A DNA stretch of 15,839 bases from assembly GCA_031285625.1 (NCBI GenBank), contig JAITVV010000034.1:1-15839 (forward strand), read 5' to 3'. Every line of letters starts with the position of its first letter. Position 1 is the first letter of the stretch. This stretch comes from Prevotella sp. (lineage in GTDB: Bacteria > Bacteroidota > Bacteroidia > Bacteroidales > Dysgonomonadaceae). Under the pieces are notes generated by a model that saw nothing but the letters and a program-made list of their open reading frames with translations, was not told where the DNA came from and searched no databases. Of this stretch, positions 1 through 8,721 are shown piece by piece. The position numbers were made by a program, and so were the translations under genes.

Positions 1-3000
1 TTGACAAGCACAGGCCAGAAAGACAAAAAGGCCAATTCGGCACGCTACGGCTTTTTGACATCGAGTAACAAGCTATTGAACAAAGTGGATATTGCTTTCG
101 AGGGAGAAACCCTGCGCAGTTATACTTTTGAATATAAGCAGGGAGCATTCAATACGAATATCCTGACGAAAGTAAACCATATCGATTCACAGGGCAATGT
201 ATTCGCTTCGCATGATATGGATTATTATGACGATGTAAAATCTACCGAAGGATATAAACCGTTCAGTGCAAGCGCGGAAACATGGAATTTGCATGATGAC
301 GAGTTGAACGCGGGATTTGTCAATCCGGTGTCTAATCTCGGTGTTCCCGGATTTAGCGACAAGGCTTCGGCTTTGGGCGGCAGCAAAAGCAGTTCAAAAA
401 CGGTATCCATGTATGTAGGTGTAGGTCCGGGAGCTGAATCTAGTAAAAGGTTCTCCGGAGGAGCAAGTTATGGGCACTCCACGACAACTGATACGGGACT
501 GTCTACACTCATCGATATTAATGGAGACGGACTACCGGATAAAGTATACAAAAAAGGAAATAAACTTTATTATCGTCCCAATATATCCCAATCATCGGGT
601 ACAGACTTCAAATATGGGGATGAGACAGGAATAAAAGGAGATGTCAAGGACTTTTCCAAATCTAAAAGCAGGTCGAATGCCTGGGGTGCAAAAGCCATCG
701 GTTCCTTTGGTATTGTAACACCAACGATAGGAACAGATTACGATCATTACAACAATGAGACTTCTACTTATTTTGCAGATGCAAACAATGATGGTTTAGT
801 CGATATAGTGGTTGGTGGTGATGTTTATTTTAACCATATTGAAAAAGACGCCAACGGGAATTTAATACCGACCTTCACGTTGAGCAGCGGTGATACGCCA
901 AGCCCGATAATGGGTGGCGGCGTTATCGACACCGGCGATACCGAAGTAGACCCGCAGGAACAGGAAGATATGATAAAATATTCGCCCCTGCAGGATGTTG
1001 TTCGCGTGTGGGAAGCCCCGTTTAACGGAACAATTAAAATAGAAGGGAATGTCAGCTTAATGCAGCCTGAGACCGGATATGACGAAACAGAATACGAAAA
1101 GGCCGATGGCGTGCGTGTGGCTATTCAGGTAGCAGGCAGTGAAAAATGGAGCAAAACCATTGCCAAAGGTGACTTTGCTTCTTATCCCGCAACAGTAAGT
1201 AGTGTAACTGTTGCCAAAGGGCAGAAAGTGTATTTTCGCGTACAGTCGGGAACAAATGAAATGTCCAACGGTGCATTCGATGAAGTAAGCTGGTCGCCCG
1301 TGATTACCTATACCGACCGCACCAATTACACCAATCCGGATGCCCTTGGTACAGCCATATATAAAATATCCGATGCGGGCTTTGTCAGTATTGAAAGTCC
1401 GAATTATATTCCTTCATCTGAAACCGTAACTGTTTCCGGCCGTTTTGTCAAGCCTGTAACCTCGGACGATGTTACGCTGAAAGCCATATTATCCAACAAT
1501 AAAACGCTGGAAGACGAAGACCAGACACCGAACCCGGCTTATCAGGAAGTAGCCGTCTACCAGAGGACATTCGGTTGGAACGAAACCTATAACGGGGATA
1601 TTTCCTTTAATATAAACAATACCATATCCGGCGAAAACCTGCAGCTTATTGTATATAGTGAGACAAATGTCGATTTTGGCAAAATAAAATGGAGTCCGGC
1701 TATCAGTTATACGGTTGGCGGAAATACAACGAATGCACCGGCATCCGTTCATTATCCGGTCTTTGCATCACAGGTATCGGAAGGGCAGCCTTACAATCTG
1801 GCAGCAGACGGTAACCTGCGGGTAGAGCCGAAATTTTCAGGATTGGCGGGCTTGCCGAATACCTCGGTAAGCGGAACGCTCCTGATGGCAGTGAAAAATG
1901 TAACCGGACTGGTAGCCAAACAGGAAGTGTCTATTGCCAACGGCGTTGTGGCGGCAAGTTCTACCATTAATTCTGTTGCCGCGGAAGCCGGGACTATCTG
2001 GGTGGAATATTATGTTCCCGACAAAGTACTCTTATCAACATTAGGTACTCCTTCGGCTTTGATTACAGTGAACGGGGTAGCCTCAACCGTGGCGGCAAGT
2101 ACATTTACCACCCGTGATAATGAAGGCTACGGCAACATGTACAGGGGTTGGGGACAATTCGTATATAATGCCGCTGACGGGCGTTATGGCAATCCTATCG
2201 CTGAAAACCTGTTGAAAATGCCGGAAACTGAAACCGAAACCGACCCGATGGCAATGGTTTTAGGAATCATGTCTCCCGCCGATACAAGGGATTTTTGGAG
2301 CGGAACAGATCCGAATACCTATATAAAAGGCGATGTGATGGGCGCGTCCCGTTTGGGTGAACAGGATGTCGTCCTGACCAATCCGCTGGAAGGACTTGAA
2401 AGCATGGGAAATTTAAATGGAGCATGCCTTGAAGGTTCCGGCCAAATAGCAATAGGTTTAAAGAGCCGGGGCGAAAGTATTTCCGGACAAGCCGGAGCTT
2501 CGGTCGGTGTTCCCGGAATTAACGGTTCGGGGACTTTGAATAAAGCACAGGGCTGGCAGGATATAGAAACAGCTTATACAGATATGAATGGCGACGGATT
2601 CCCTGATATTGTAACAAAAAATCAAATACAATTGACAAATCCGCGCGGCGGTTTTGACGGGGAGGTTATTTCCGGTGATTTTAAATCGCACAGTACCAAT
2701 AGTAATACCATTATTGCACTTGGCGCTGCCGGCCAGCATTCCCATACGGCAACACTTCCGAAAGCAGGTGTTACTCAGCGGGCAAGTACTGTTCTTCTGA
2801 ATCAGGCCATAACAGCCATCAAAGCCTCGGAAGCAAACGCCGACCTTTCCGGAGGCGGTTCTTATAACAATAACAGCAGTAAAACGGAATATTCATTGAT
2901 AGATATAAATGGCGATGGATTACCTGATAAAATCCTGTCGGATAAAAAAGTCCAGATAAACTTTGGTTATGGATTTTCAGAATCGGTTGACTGGAATCTG

Positions 3001-6000
3001 GATAAAATCAATGAAGGTTCGGGTTATACCATTGGGTTGAATGCCGGTGGAGGAGTCGGCTTAAAATGGGGATTTGATAAAATCGCATCCAGTTTTTCCG
3101 GAGGGTTCAGTATAAATACAACACATGGAGCAGTTGATTATACACTGATGGATATAAACTCGGACGGATTGATAGATAAAGTGTGGAAGGACGGTGATAA
3201 TGTAAAAGTGTCATTTAATACAGGGAATGGATTTTCCCAAGTTGTAACATGGCAGGGTATTGAGAATATATCCAAATCAGCGTCAACAGCAGAATCTGCC
3301 AATCTTGCATTTACAGTTGGTATTCCGATACCAATAATAGGAATCAGGGTTGTTATTAATCCCGGCGGTTCTATATCCCAGGCTATGAGCCGTACATTAA
3401 TGGAATTGCGCGACATCGACGGCGACGGCTTCCCCGAAATCGTCTCCTCGGACGAAGACGGTAAGATGACCGTTTATCGCTCCACTATCGCAAGAACCAA
3501 TAAACTAAAAACAGTAAACAACCCGCTCGGCGGCAGCTTTACCCTCGACTACACACGTTCGCAGGCCACTTACGACCATCCGGGCGGTAAATGGGTGATG
3601 CACTCCGTAGAAGTAAACGACGGCATCAAGGATGACGGTGCCAATATGAAAACCGTCTTCGACTATCAGGATGGGAAACAGGAACGCCACGAACGCGAGT
3701 TCTTAGGTTTCGGTAAGGTAATCACCAGGAATATCGATACCGAAGCAAACGAAGAAAATAAAGTGTACCGCCAGGCTATACAGCAGTATGATGTAGCGAA
3801 TGTCTATACCGCGGGTAACCAGATACGTTCGGTTGTGGAAGATGCCCAGGGTAATAAATTCACAGAAAGCGTGAACGAGTACCATGCCTATAAGGTAAAA
3901 GCATCCGCAGACAACTATACCTTTACGGCGGACAATACCTTCTGTACCGACAGGGCTATTGCCTTTACTCCACTGAAATACACCAAGTCGGTCGTGTACG
4001 AAGGACAGTCGGACGGCATGACAGCCAACGAAAGTTTCTACGAATACTACCTGAACGGTAACTACGGCGACCTGAAGAACTACAAGTACAGCGACAGGGG
4101 TACACTGGGCAATACAGGAACCGGAGCATATAATTACCAGACATCCGTAGAATACGCCCACAATACGGCAAAACATATCTTCGGATTACCAACTAAGGTA
4201 CAGGTCAAAGGCTCGGACGGAGTACTGTACCGTCAAACCGAAGCTGCTTATGATATGAATTACGCCAGCCACCTGACTAAAGTAACCCAAACTCTGGACG
4301 CAGGCAATAAAGCGGTGATCGATATTACTTACGACAGGGACGGCAATATCAAGCAGAAGACATTGCCTGCCAACAGCAAGGGGCAAAGGATGTGGTACAA
4401 GTATTTGTATGACCGCGACTATAACATGTATGTGGAACGTGTGGAAGATGCTTTCGGCTACCGCAGTGAAATGGAAGATTACGACTACCGTTACGGTATC
4501 CCGCTCACGACACGCGATATGAACGGCTATACGCTGGAAATCACTATCGACCATTTGGGACGAGTGGAAACCATTACCGGGCCGAACGAACAGGTACTGG
4601 GATTGCCGTATACCATTAAGTTCGAGTATCACCCACAGGTTGTAACTTCAACAAATGGTGAAATCACTTCTCCTGCTTATGCCGTAACCAAACATTACGA
4701 CCCGCAGAACCCGGACGATGATTTGGAAACCGTAACATTTGTCGATGGGTTCGGTAGAGCCGTACAGGTGAAGAAAGACGGGGTTGTAACCGCTACTACT
4801 AACGGAACCAACCCGCAGGAACAAAAAGTAATGATTGTCAGCGGACGCGCCAAGTTCGACCCGTTCGGACGTGTCAGGGAAGCGTTCTATCCTGTCAGTG
4901 AAGCAACAGGGAACAAAACCGTGTTTAACCTTGCTTTCGACAATGTAACGCCGACTAAGACCGAATACGATGTAATGGACAGGGCGGTAAAAACTATCCT
5001 GCCTGACAACAGCGAATCGCTGATGGCTTATACAAAGGATAACGCAAGCCGTACTCTTGTTACTACCGTGACCGATGCAATGGGCGGAAAACAGTCCACC
5101 TTTACCAACGGTTCGGGACTGACTGTCAAGACAGAACAGTACTCCGGCCCTGACGGTACGATTACTACGAAGTTCGAGTTCGACCCGGTTAACCAGCTGT
5201 TGAAAGCCATAGACAACGGCAATAACGAAACCGTATCGGCTTACGATATGGCGGGAAGAAGGACACAGGTGATACACCCTGCATCGGGTAAGACTTCATT
5301 CAAATATGATAACGCAAGCAACCTGCTGTCAAAGCAGACTGCCAATCTGGAGGCGGAAGGTAAGGAAATCACCTACGAATACGATTACTCCCGTTTGACA
5401 GCGATTAACTATCCGGATAACCCGCAGAACAATGTGAAGTACACGTATGGGAATAGGAACGCCTCGTTCAACCGTGTAGGACGCCTGATGTTGCAGGAAG
5501 ACGCTACAGGTGCGCAGGAGTTCGATTACGACAGGCTGGGTAATATCGAAAGAGTCAGGAGGACGGTGATCATCCCGAACCAGGCGATAGCTACATACGT
5601 GACCCAATGGAAATACGATAGCTGGAACAGGATTGAACAGATGATCTATCCCGACTTGGAAAAGGTAAGCTACGCATATAACACAGGCGGCTTATTGGAA
5701 AGCGTAAAGGGAGAGAAATCCTACTCGTATAACTATGTGAACAGGCTGGGCTATGACAAGTTTGAGCAGCGCATCTATATGAAGTACTGCAACGGTGCGG
5801 AAACCTCATACAATTATGACCCGCAACGCAGAAGGTTATCCAACCTGATGGTTATAAGCGGAAAAGAAAGCCGTAAGGAGATAATGAACAATGCTTATAC
5901 ATATGATAAGGTGGATAATGTATTGAAAGTAATCAATACGGCACCACTGCCAAGTACGGGAGCTATGGGCGGACAGATGAGCCATACCTATAATTATGAC

Positions 6001-7962
6001 GGGCTGTACCGTTTGCAAAGCGCGACAGGTACTTATGCAGGAGCAGACAGCAAGTCGGCAGGCTACAGTCTGGAAATGGCGTATGACAATTTGCATAATA
6101 TTGTCAGCAAGAAGCAGCATGTGCAGCAAAGCGGTATCCAGTTCGATGGAATACTGAAAGCGGGTTATGACCTCGCTTACAATTATGAAAACAATCCGTT
6201 CCAAATCAGCAACCTGAAGGACGACAGCTACCGTACCGAAAGCGATACCATCGCTAACGATGTAATTAAGCGGAACCATGCTTATGAGTACGATGCTAAC
6301 GGAAACCTTGTCTATGTGAATACCGGACGTGAAAAGCAGGACGGACAGGCGGAAGACAAGGCACAGGAAAAGAAGCTGCGCTGGGATGAAGAGAACCGCT
6401 TGCAGTCTATCTATACCAACGGTTTTATTGCAGGGTACTGGTACGATGCTGCCGGAGAACGTGTAATCAAGACCAGCGGTGATGACGAAGGTATTTATGT
6501 GAACGATGTGTTTAGTGGCGGAAGAACCGAAACGGCTGACTTTACAGCGTATATTAATCCGTACTTAGTTGTATCGAAAGGCGGAAGCTATACCAAGCAT
6601 ATTTATATCGGTAGCCAACGTATTGTATCCAAGTTAGGTGATCTCGACAGTTACGGACAAGACCCGAGACGTATCGAGTATGCGGGAAGTAATGTGGATG
6701 GCGCGAAAGTAGACTACAAGTCAAAATATTCGGCTTCGCAACAGGCTATTAAGGATAATTATGCTACCTTTGAAGTGCCTTATCATGGAAAAGATAATGA
6801 TGACTATGTGAATGGGCAAGGTTTCTGTTGCGATGATACACCAAGGCTGAAATCATTTGACCCGGGCAAAAATGACAATCCGGAATTATTCCAGTATTAT
6901 TATCACTCCGACCATTTAGGCAGTAGTTCTTTGATAACGAATTTGGATGGTGAAGTTGTTCAGCATGTGGAGTATGTGCCATTCGGTGAGGTCTTTATCG
7001 AAGAAAGGAATAATACGTGGAATACCCCTTATTTGTTTAACGCTAAAGAGTTAGACGAGGAAACGGGCATGTATTATTATGGGAAACGTTATTACGACCC
7101 AAGAATATCACTCTGGTTATCGGCAGACCCGTTACAGGAAAAATATCCGAATATTTCTAGTTATGTTTATTGTCTAAATAATCCTATAAAATACATTGAC
7201 CCTGACGGCACGTGGGTACCTAATGCAGAAGGTAATTTAACTGCTGAAGAAGGAGATAACATGGAAACATTAAGAACTTATTTGACTGAAATATATGGGA
7301 CTTCAGGGATAATGCAAGATGAGTGGGACGAATTAGAAAACCAAGTAAATGAATTGAAACAATCTTCTGTTGGAGGAGATATATCTGGAAATACAGTTAA
7401 TTCTTCATCAGGTTTGTTTGAAAATCTTGTGGGAACATATCTTCAAACAAAAGCTAATTCGGATGATTCTTGGGGCTATCCACAGGAATTGGACGGTCAA
7501 GGTAATCTATGCTCTCCAACTACATTCAATAGAGTTAGTAAAGCTATGCAATTTGTATATGGTAAAGATATTTTAGGAAAGACCAGTGGGCGAAATCCGC
7601 TATATCAGAACTGGAATAACTTTGCAGGAACAACGGGAGTAAAATATGGAGAGGAAATGCTTCCAAGTATGGGTTATGGGACATTGGTTAATGAGCCGGA
7701 CATTCTTTCTGGAAAACTGAAAGCTGGAGCAGTATTAAGAATGACACAATCTCCAGGACCTCAAAACACTCCTGTTTCTTGGCATGCTGTTATTTTCTTG
7801 AATTACACCTATGGTGATGATGGAAATATTGATGGATTAACTTATTGGCAGCAAAAAACAAGTATTGGATATGTTAATTCTATCAAATTTTCTTACGATA
7901 ATAAAGGAAAATACTCATTTACATATGGATATAAACCTAAATTAGGCTCAAATTTTAAATGA
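1..7962 (+). CDS. Large Rhs/YD-repeat polymorphic toxin, fused TcB/TcC-like (SpvB-end, FG-GAP propeller, YD shell, Rhs-associated core, variable C-terminal toxin); 5' end lies outside the window
   Basis: Open frame from base 1 (TTG start is an edge artefact). Opening segment RYGF...LRSYTFEY resembles the end of SpvB/TcB N-terminal domains. Six DxxxDG.PD-type FG-GAP motifs start at nt 514, 778, 2581, 2902, 3151, 3412. TcdB-middle-like ERHEREFLGFGKV, many YD repeats, core motifs YYHSDHLGSS, PYLFNAKELDEETGMYYYGKRYYDP and NPIKYIDPDG (DPDG at 7198-7209). Confidence 0.93.
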   Translation: MTSTGQKDKKANSARYGFLTSSNKLLNKVDIAFEGETLRSYTFEYKQGAFNTNILTKVNHIDSQGNVFASHDMDYYDDVKSTEGYKPFSASAETWNLHDDELNAGFVNPVSNLGVPGFSDKASALGGSKSSSKTVSMYVGVGPGAESSKRFSGGASYGHSTTTDTGLSTLIDINGDGLPDKVYKKGNKLYYRPNISQSSGTDFKYGDETGIKGDVKDFSKSKSRSNAWGAKAIGSFGIVTPTIGTDYDHYNNETSTYFADANNDGLVDIVVGGDVYFNHIEKDANGNLIPTFTLSSGDTPSPIMGGGVIDTGDTEVDPQEQEDMIKYSPLQDVVRVWEAPFNGTIKIEGNVSLMQPETGYDETEYEKADGVRVAIQVAGSEKWSKTIAKGDFASYPATVSSVTVAKGQKVYFRVQSGTNEMSNGAFDEVSWSPVITYTDRTNYTNPDALGTAIYKISDAGFVSIESPNYIPSSETVTVSGRFVKPVTSDDVTLKAILSNNKTLEDEDQTPNPAYQEVAVYQRTFGWNETYNGDISFNINNTISGENLQLIVYSETNVDFGKIKWSPAISYTVGGNTTNAPASVHYPVFASQVSEGQPYNLAADGNLRVEPKFSGLAGLPNTSVSGTLLMAVKNVTGLVAKQEVSIANGVVAASSTINSVAAEAGTIWVEYYVPDKVLLSTLGTPSALITVNGVASTVAASTFTTRDNEGYGNMYRGWGQFVYNAADGRYGNPIAENLLKMPETETETDPMAMVLGIMSPADTRDFWSGTDPNTYIKGDVMGASRLGEQDVVLTNPLEGLESMGNLNGACLEGSGQIAIGLKSRGESISGQAGASVGVPGINGSGTLNKAQGWQDIETAYTDMNGDGFPDIVTKNQIQLTNPRGGFDGEVISGDFKSHSTNSNTIIALGAAGQHSHTATLPKAGVTQRASTVLLNQAITAIKASEANADLSGGGSYNNNSSKTEYSLIDINGDGLPDKILSDKKVQINFGYGFSESVDWNLDKINEGSGYTIGLNAGGGVGLKWGFDKIASSFSGGFSINTTHGAVDYTLMDINSDGLIDKVWKDGDNVKVSFNTGNGFSQVVTWQGIENISKSASTAESANLAFTVGIPIPIIGIRVVINPGGSISQAMSRTLMELRDIDGDGFPEIVSSDEDGKMTVYRSTIARTNKLKTVNNPLGGSFTLDYTRSQATYDHPGGKWVMHSVEVNDGIKDDGANMKTVFDYQDGKQERHEREFLGFGKVITRNIDTEANEENKVYRQAIQQYDVANVYTAGNQIRSVVEDAQGNKFTESVNEYHAYKVKASADNYTFTADNTFCTDRAIAFTPLKYTKSVVYEGQSDGMTANESFYEYYLNGNYGDLKNYKYSDRGTLGNTGTGAYNYQTSVEYAHNTAKHIFGLPTKVQVKGSDGVLYRQTEAAYDMNYASHLTKVTQTLDAGNKAVIDITYDRDGNIKQKTLPANSKGQRMWYKYLYDRDYNMYVERVEDAFGYRSEMEDYDYRYGIPLTTRDMNGYTLEITIDHLGRVETITGPNEQVLGLPYTIKFEYHPQVVTSTNGEITSPAYAVTKHYDPQNPDDDLETVTFVDGFGRAVQVKKDGVVTATTNGTNPQEQKVMIVSGRAKFDPFGRVREAFYPVSEATGNKTVFNLAFDNVTPTKTEYDVMDRAVKTILPDNSESLMAYTKDNASRTLVTTVTDAMGGKQSTFTNGSGLTVKTEQYSGPDGTITTKFEFDPVNQLLKAIDNGNNETVSAYDMAGRRTQVIHPASGKTSFKYDNASNLLSKQTANLEAEGKEITYEYDYSRLTAINYPDNPQNNVKYTYGNRNASFNRVGRLMLQEDATGAQEFDYDRLGNIERVRRTVIIPNQAIATYVTQWKYDSWNRIEQMIYPDLEKVSYAYNTGGLLESVKGEKSYSYNYVNRLGYDKFEQRIYMKYCNGAETSYNYDPQRRRLSNLMVISGKESRKEIMNNAYTYDKVDNVLKVINTAPLPSTGAMGGQMSHTYNYDGLYRLQSATGTYAGADSKSAGYSLEMAYDNLHNIVSKKQHVQQSGIQFDGILKAGYDLAYNYENNPFQISNLKDDSYRTESDTIANDVIKRNHAYEYDANGNLVYVNTGREKQDGQAEDKAQEKKLRWDEENRLQSIYTNGFIAGYWYDAAGERVIKTSGDDEGIYVNDVFSGGRTETADFTAYINPYLVVSKGGSYTKHIYIGSQRIVSKLGDLDSYGQDPRRIEYAGSNVDGAKVDYKSKYSASQQAIKDNYATFEVPYHGKDNDDYVNGQGFCCDDTPRLKSFDPGKNDNPELFQYYYHSDHLGSSSLITNLDGEVVQHVEYVPFGEVFIEERNNTWNTPYLFNAKELDEETGMYYYGKRYYDPRISLWLSADPLQEKYPNISSYVYCLNNPIKYIDPDGTWVPNAEGNLTAEEGDNMETLRTYLTEIYGTSGIMQDEWDELENQVNELKQSSVGGDISGNTVNSSSGLFENLVGTYLQTKANSDDSWGYPQELDGQGNLCSPTTFNRVSKAMQFVYGKDILGKTSGRNPLYQNWNNFAGTTGVKYGEEMLPSMGYGTLVNEPDILSGKLKAGAVLRMTQSPGPQNTPVSWHAVIFLNYTYGDDGNIDGLTYWQQKTSIGYVNSIKFSYDNKGKYSFTYGYKPKLGSNFK
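5911..7209 (+). repeat. Direct repeat copy 1 (Rhs core, 1299 bp)
   Basis: GTGGATAATGTATTGAAAGTAATCAATACGGCACCACTGCCAAGT...GACCCTGACGGC aligns with 8722-10020; many differences are at third codon positions. Confidence 0.95.
7210..7962 (+). other. Variable C-terminal toxin domain (~250 aa): LysM-like start plus papain/NlpC-P60-like catalytic domain (putative peptidoglycan amidase/peptidase)
   Basis: Follows the DPDG motif, with a drop in GC. GNLC (Cys codon 7510-7512), LKAGAVLRM, WHAVIF (His 7783-7785) and LTYWQQ (7849-7854) match the order of NlpC/P60/CHAP-type catalytic residues. Assignment by motif recognition only. Confidence 0.55.
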
Positions 7963-8720
7963 AAAAGACATTGTTGTTTATTATATTTTTGTATGCTGTA
8001 CGCTTGTTTTCTCAGGAGTACAGCATACAGAATAATGAAATATTATTAATCTTGGGAGATAATAGTTTAAAAAATGAATGTTTAATAAAAGAATTACGAA
8101 CAGATTCATCATTAAATAGAAGTTGTAAAAGTTTAGTTATTGATGGAATATTTAAGTATTTACCTCATAATATTTACCATATTGATTGGATTGAACAACT
8201 ACAAATAAATATTAGTGATACCGTCTTTATAGACAAAAATTTTTCAAAATTTAAGAAATTAGAAGGTTTACTTATTTTTGGAGGGCATGTAAATATTGAA
8301 AAAAAAGTTAATTTACCAAATATAAAATACTTAAAATTACAATATGTTAAATTCATCAACGGTAAATTCCCTGAAGCAATTCTTAATTGGATAAATCTCA
8401 CTGATATTATAGTTACGGAAGGCAATATAAATACGATACCTAATAATATCATCAAATTAAACAAATTAGAAATTTTAGGATTAAGTAATAACAATATTAA
8501 TAGCATACCTGACGAATTATATAGCCTTGAAAGTCTACAAAACTTATCTATATACGGTAATAAACTAAAAAAAATATCTCCGAAAATATGTAATATGAAA
8601 AGTCTGAAATACATTCATTTGGATCGAAATCTAATAATAGATGATCGAGTTAGTACCTGTTTGAAGGCTCGTATTATAAGATTTGACGAATATAATATGC
8701 CTTATGAAGAGGACATGTAG
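7959..8720 (+). CDS. Secreted leucine-rich-repeat protein, candidate cognate immunity protein
   Basis: ATGA overlap with the Rhs stop (7959-7962). Signal peptide MKKTLLFIIFLYAVRLFS|Q. ~23-aa LRRs (IPNNIIKLNKLEILGLSNNNINS, IPDELYSLESLQNLSIYGNKLKK). Very low GC (11/60 in 8041-8100 by hand count). LRR identity is clear; the immunity role is inferred from position. Confidence 0.88.
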   Translation: MKKTLLFIIFLYAVRLFSQEYSIQNNEILLILGDNSLKNECLIKELRTDSSLNRSCKSLVIDGIFKYLPHNIYHIDWIEQLQINISDTVFIDKNFSKFKKLEGLLIFGGHVNIEKKVNLPNIKYLKLQYVKFINGKFPEAILNWINLTDIIVTEGNINTIPNNIIKLNKLEILGLSNNNINSIPDELYSLESLQNLSIYGNKLKKISPKICNMKSLKYIHLDRNLIIDDRVSTCLKARIIRFDEYNMPYEEDM

Positions 8721-8721
8721 G

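Noticed and set aside
2224-2241. GAAAC[TC] x3 microrepeat (ETETET)
   Set aside because: Three imperfect in-frame units in a probable linker; too short to be meaningful.
3138-6279. Series of long minus-strand ORFs (e.g. 3703-4176, 4186-4632, 4648-5277, 5836-6279)
   Set aside because: Antisense shadows of the Rhs gene produced by its codon bias; no recognisable motifs.
8299-8574. A8 homopolymer runs in the LRR gene (another A8 near 11703-11710) as phase-variation tracts
   Set aside because: Short runs expected in very AT-rich DNA; reading frames are intact.
8174-8614. 146-aa hydrophobic minus-strand ORF
   Set aside because: Antisense to the AT-rich LRR gene; hydrophobicity is a compositional artefact.
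8683-8721. TTG start and first 13 codons of the 534-aa ORF
   Set aside because: Lie inside the LRR gene in another frame and have no similarity to the main Rhs; homology starts at ~8722.
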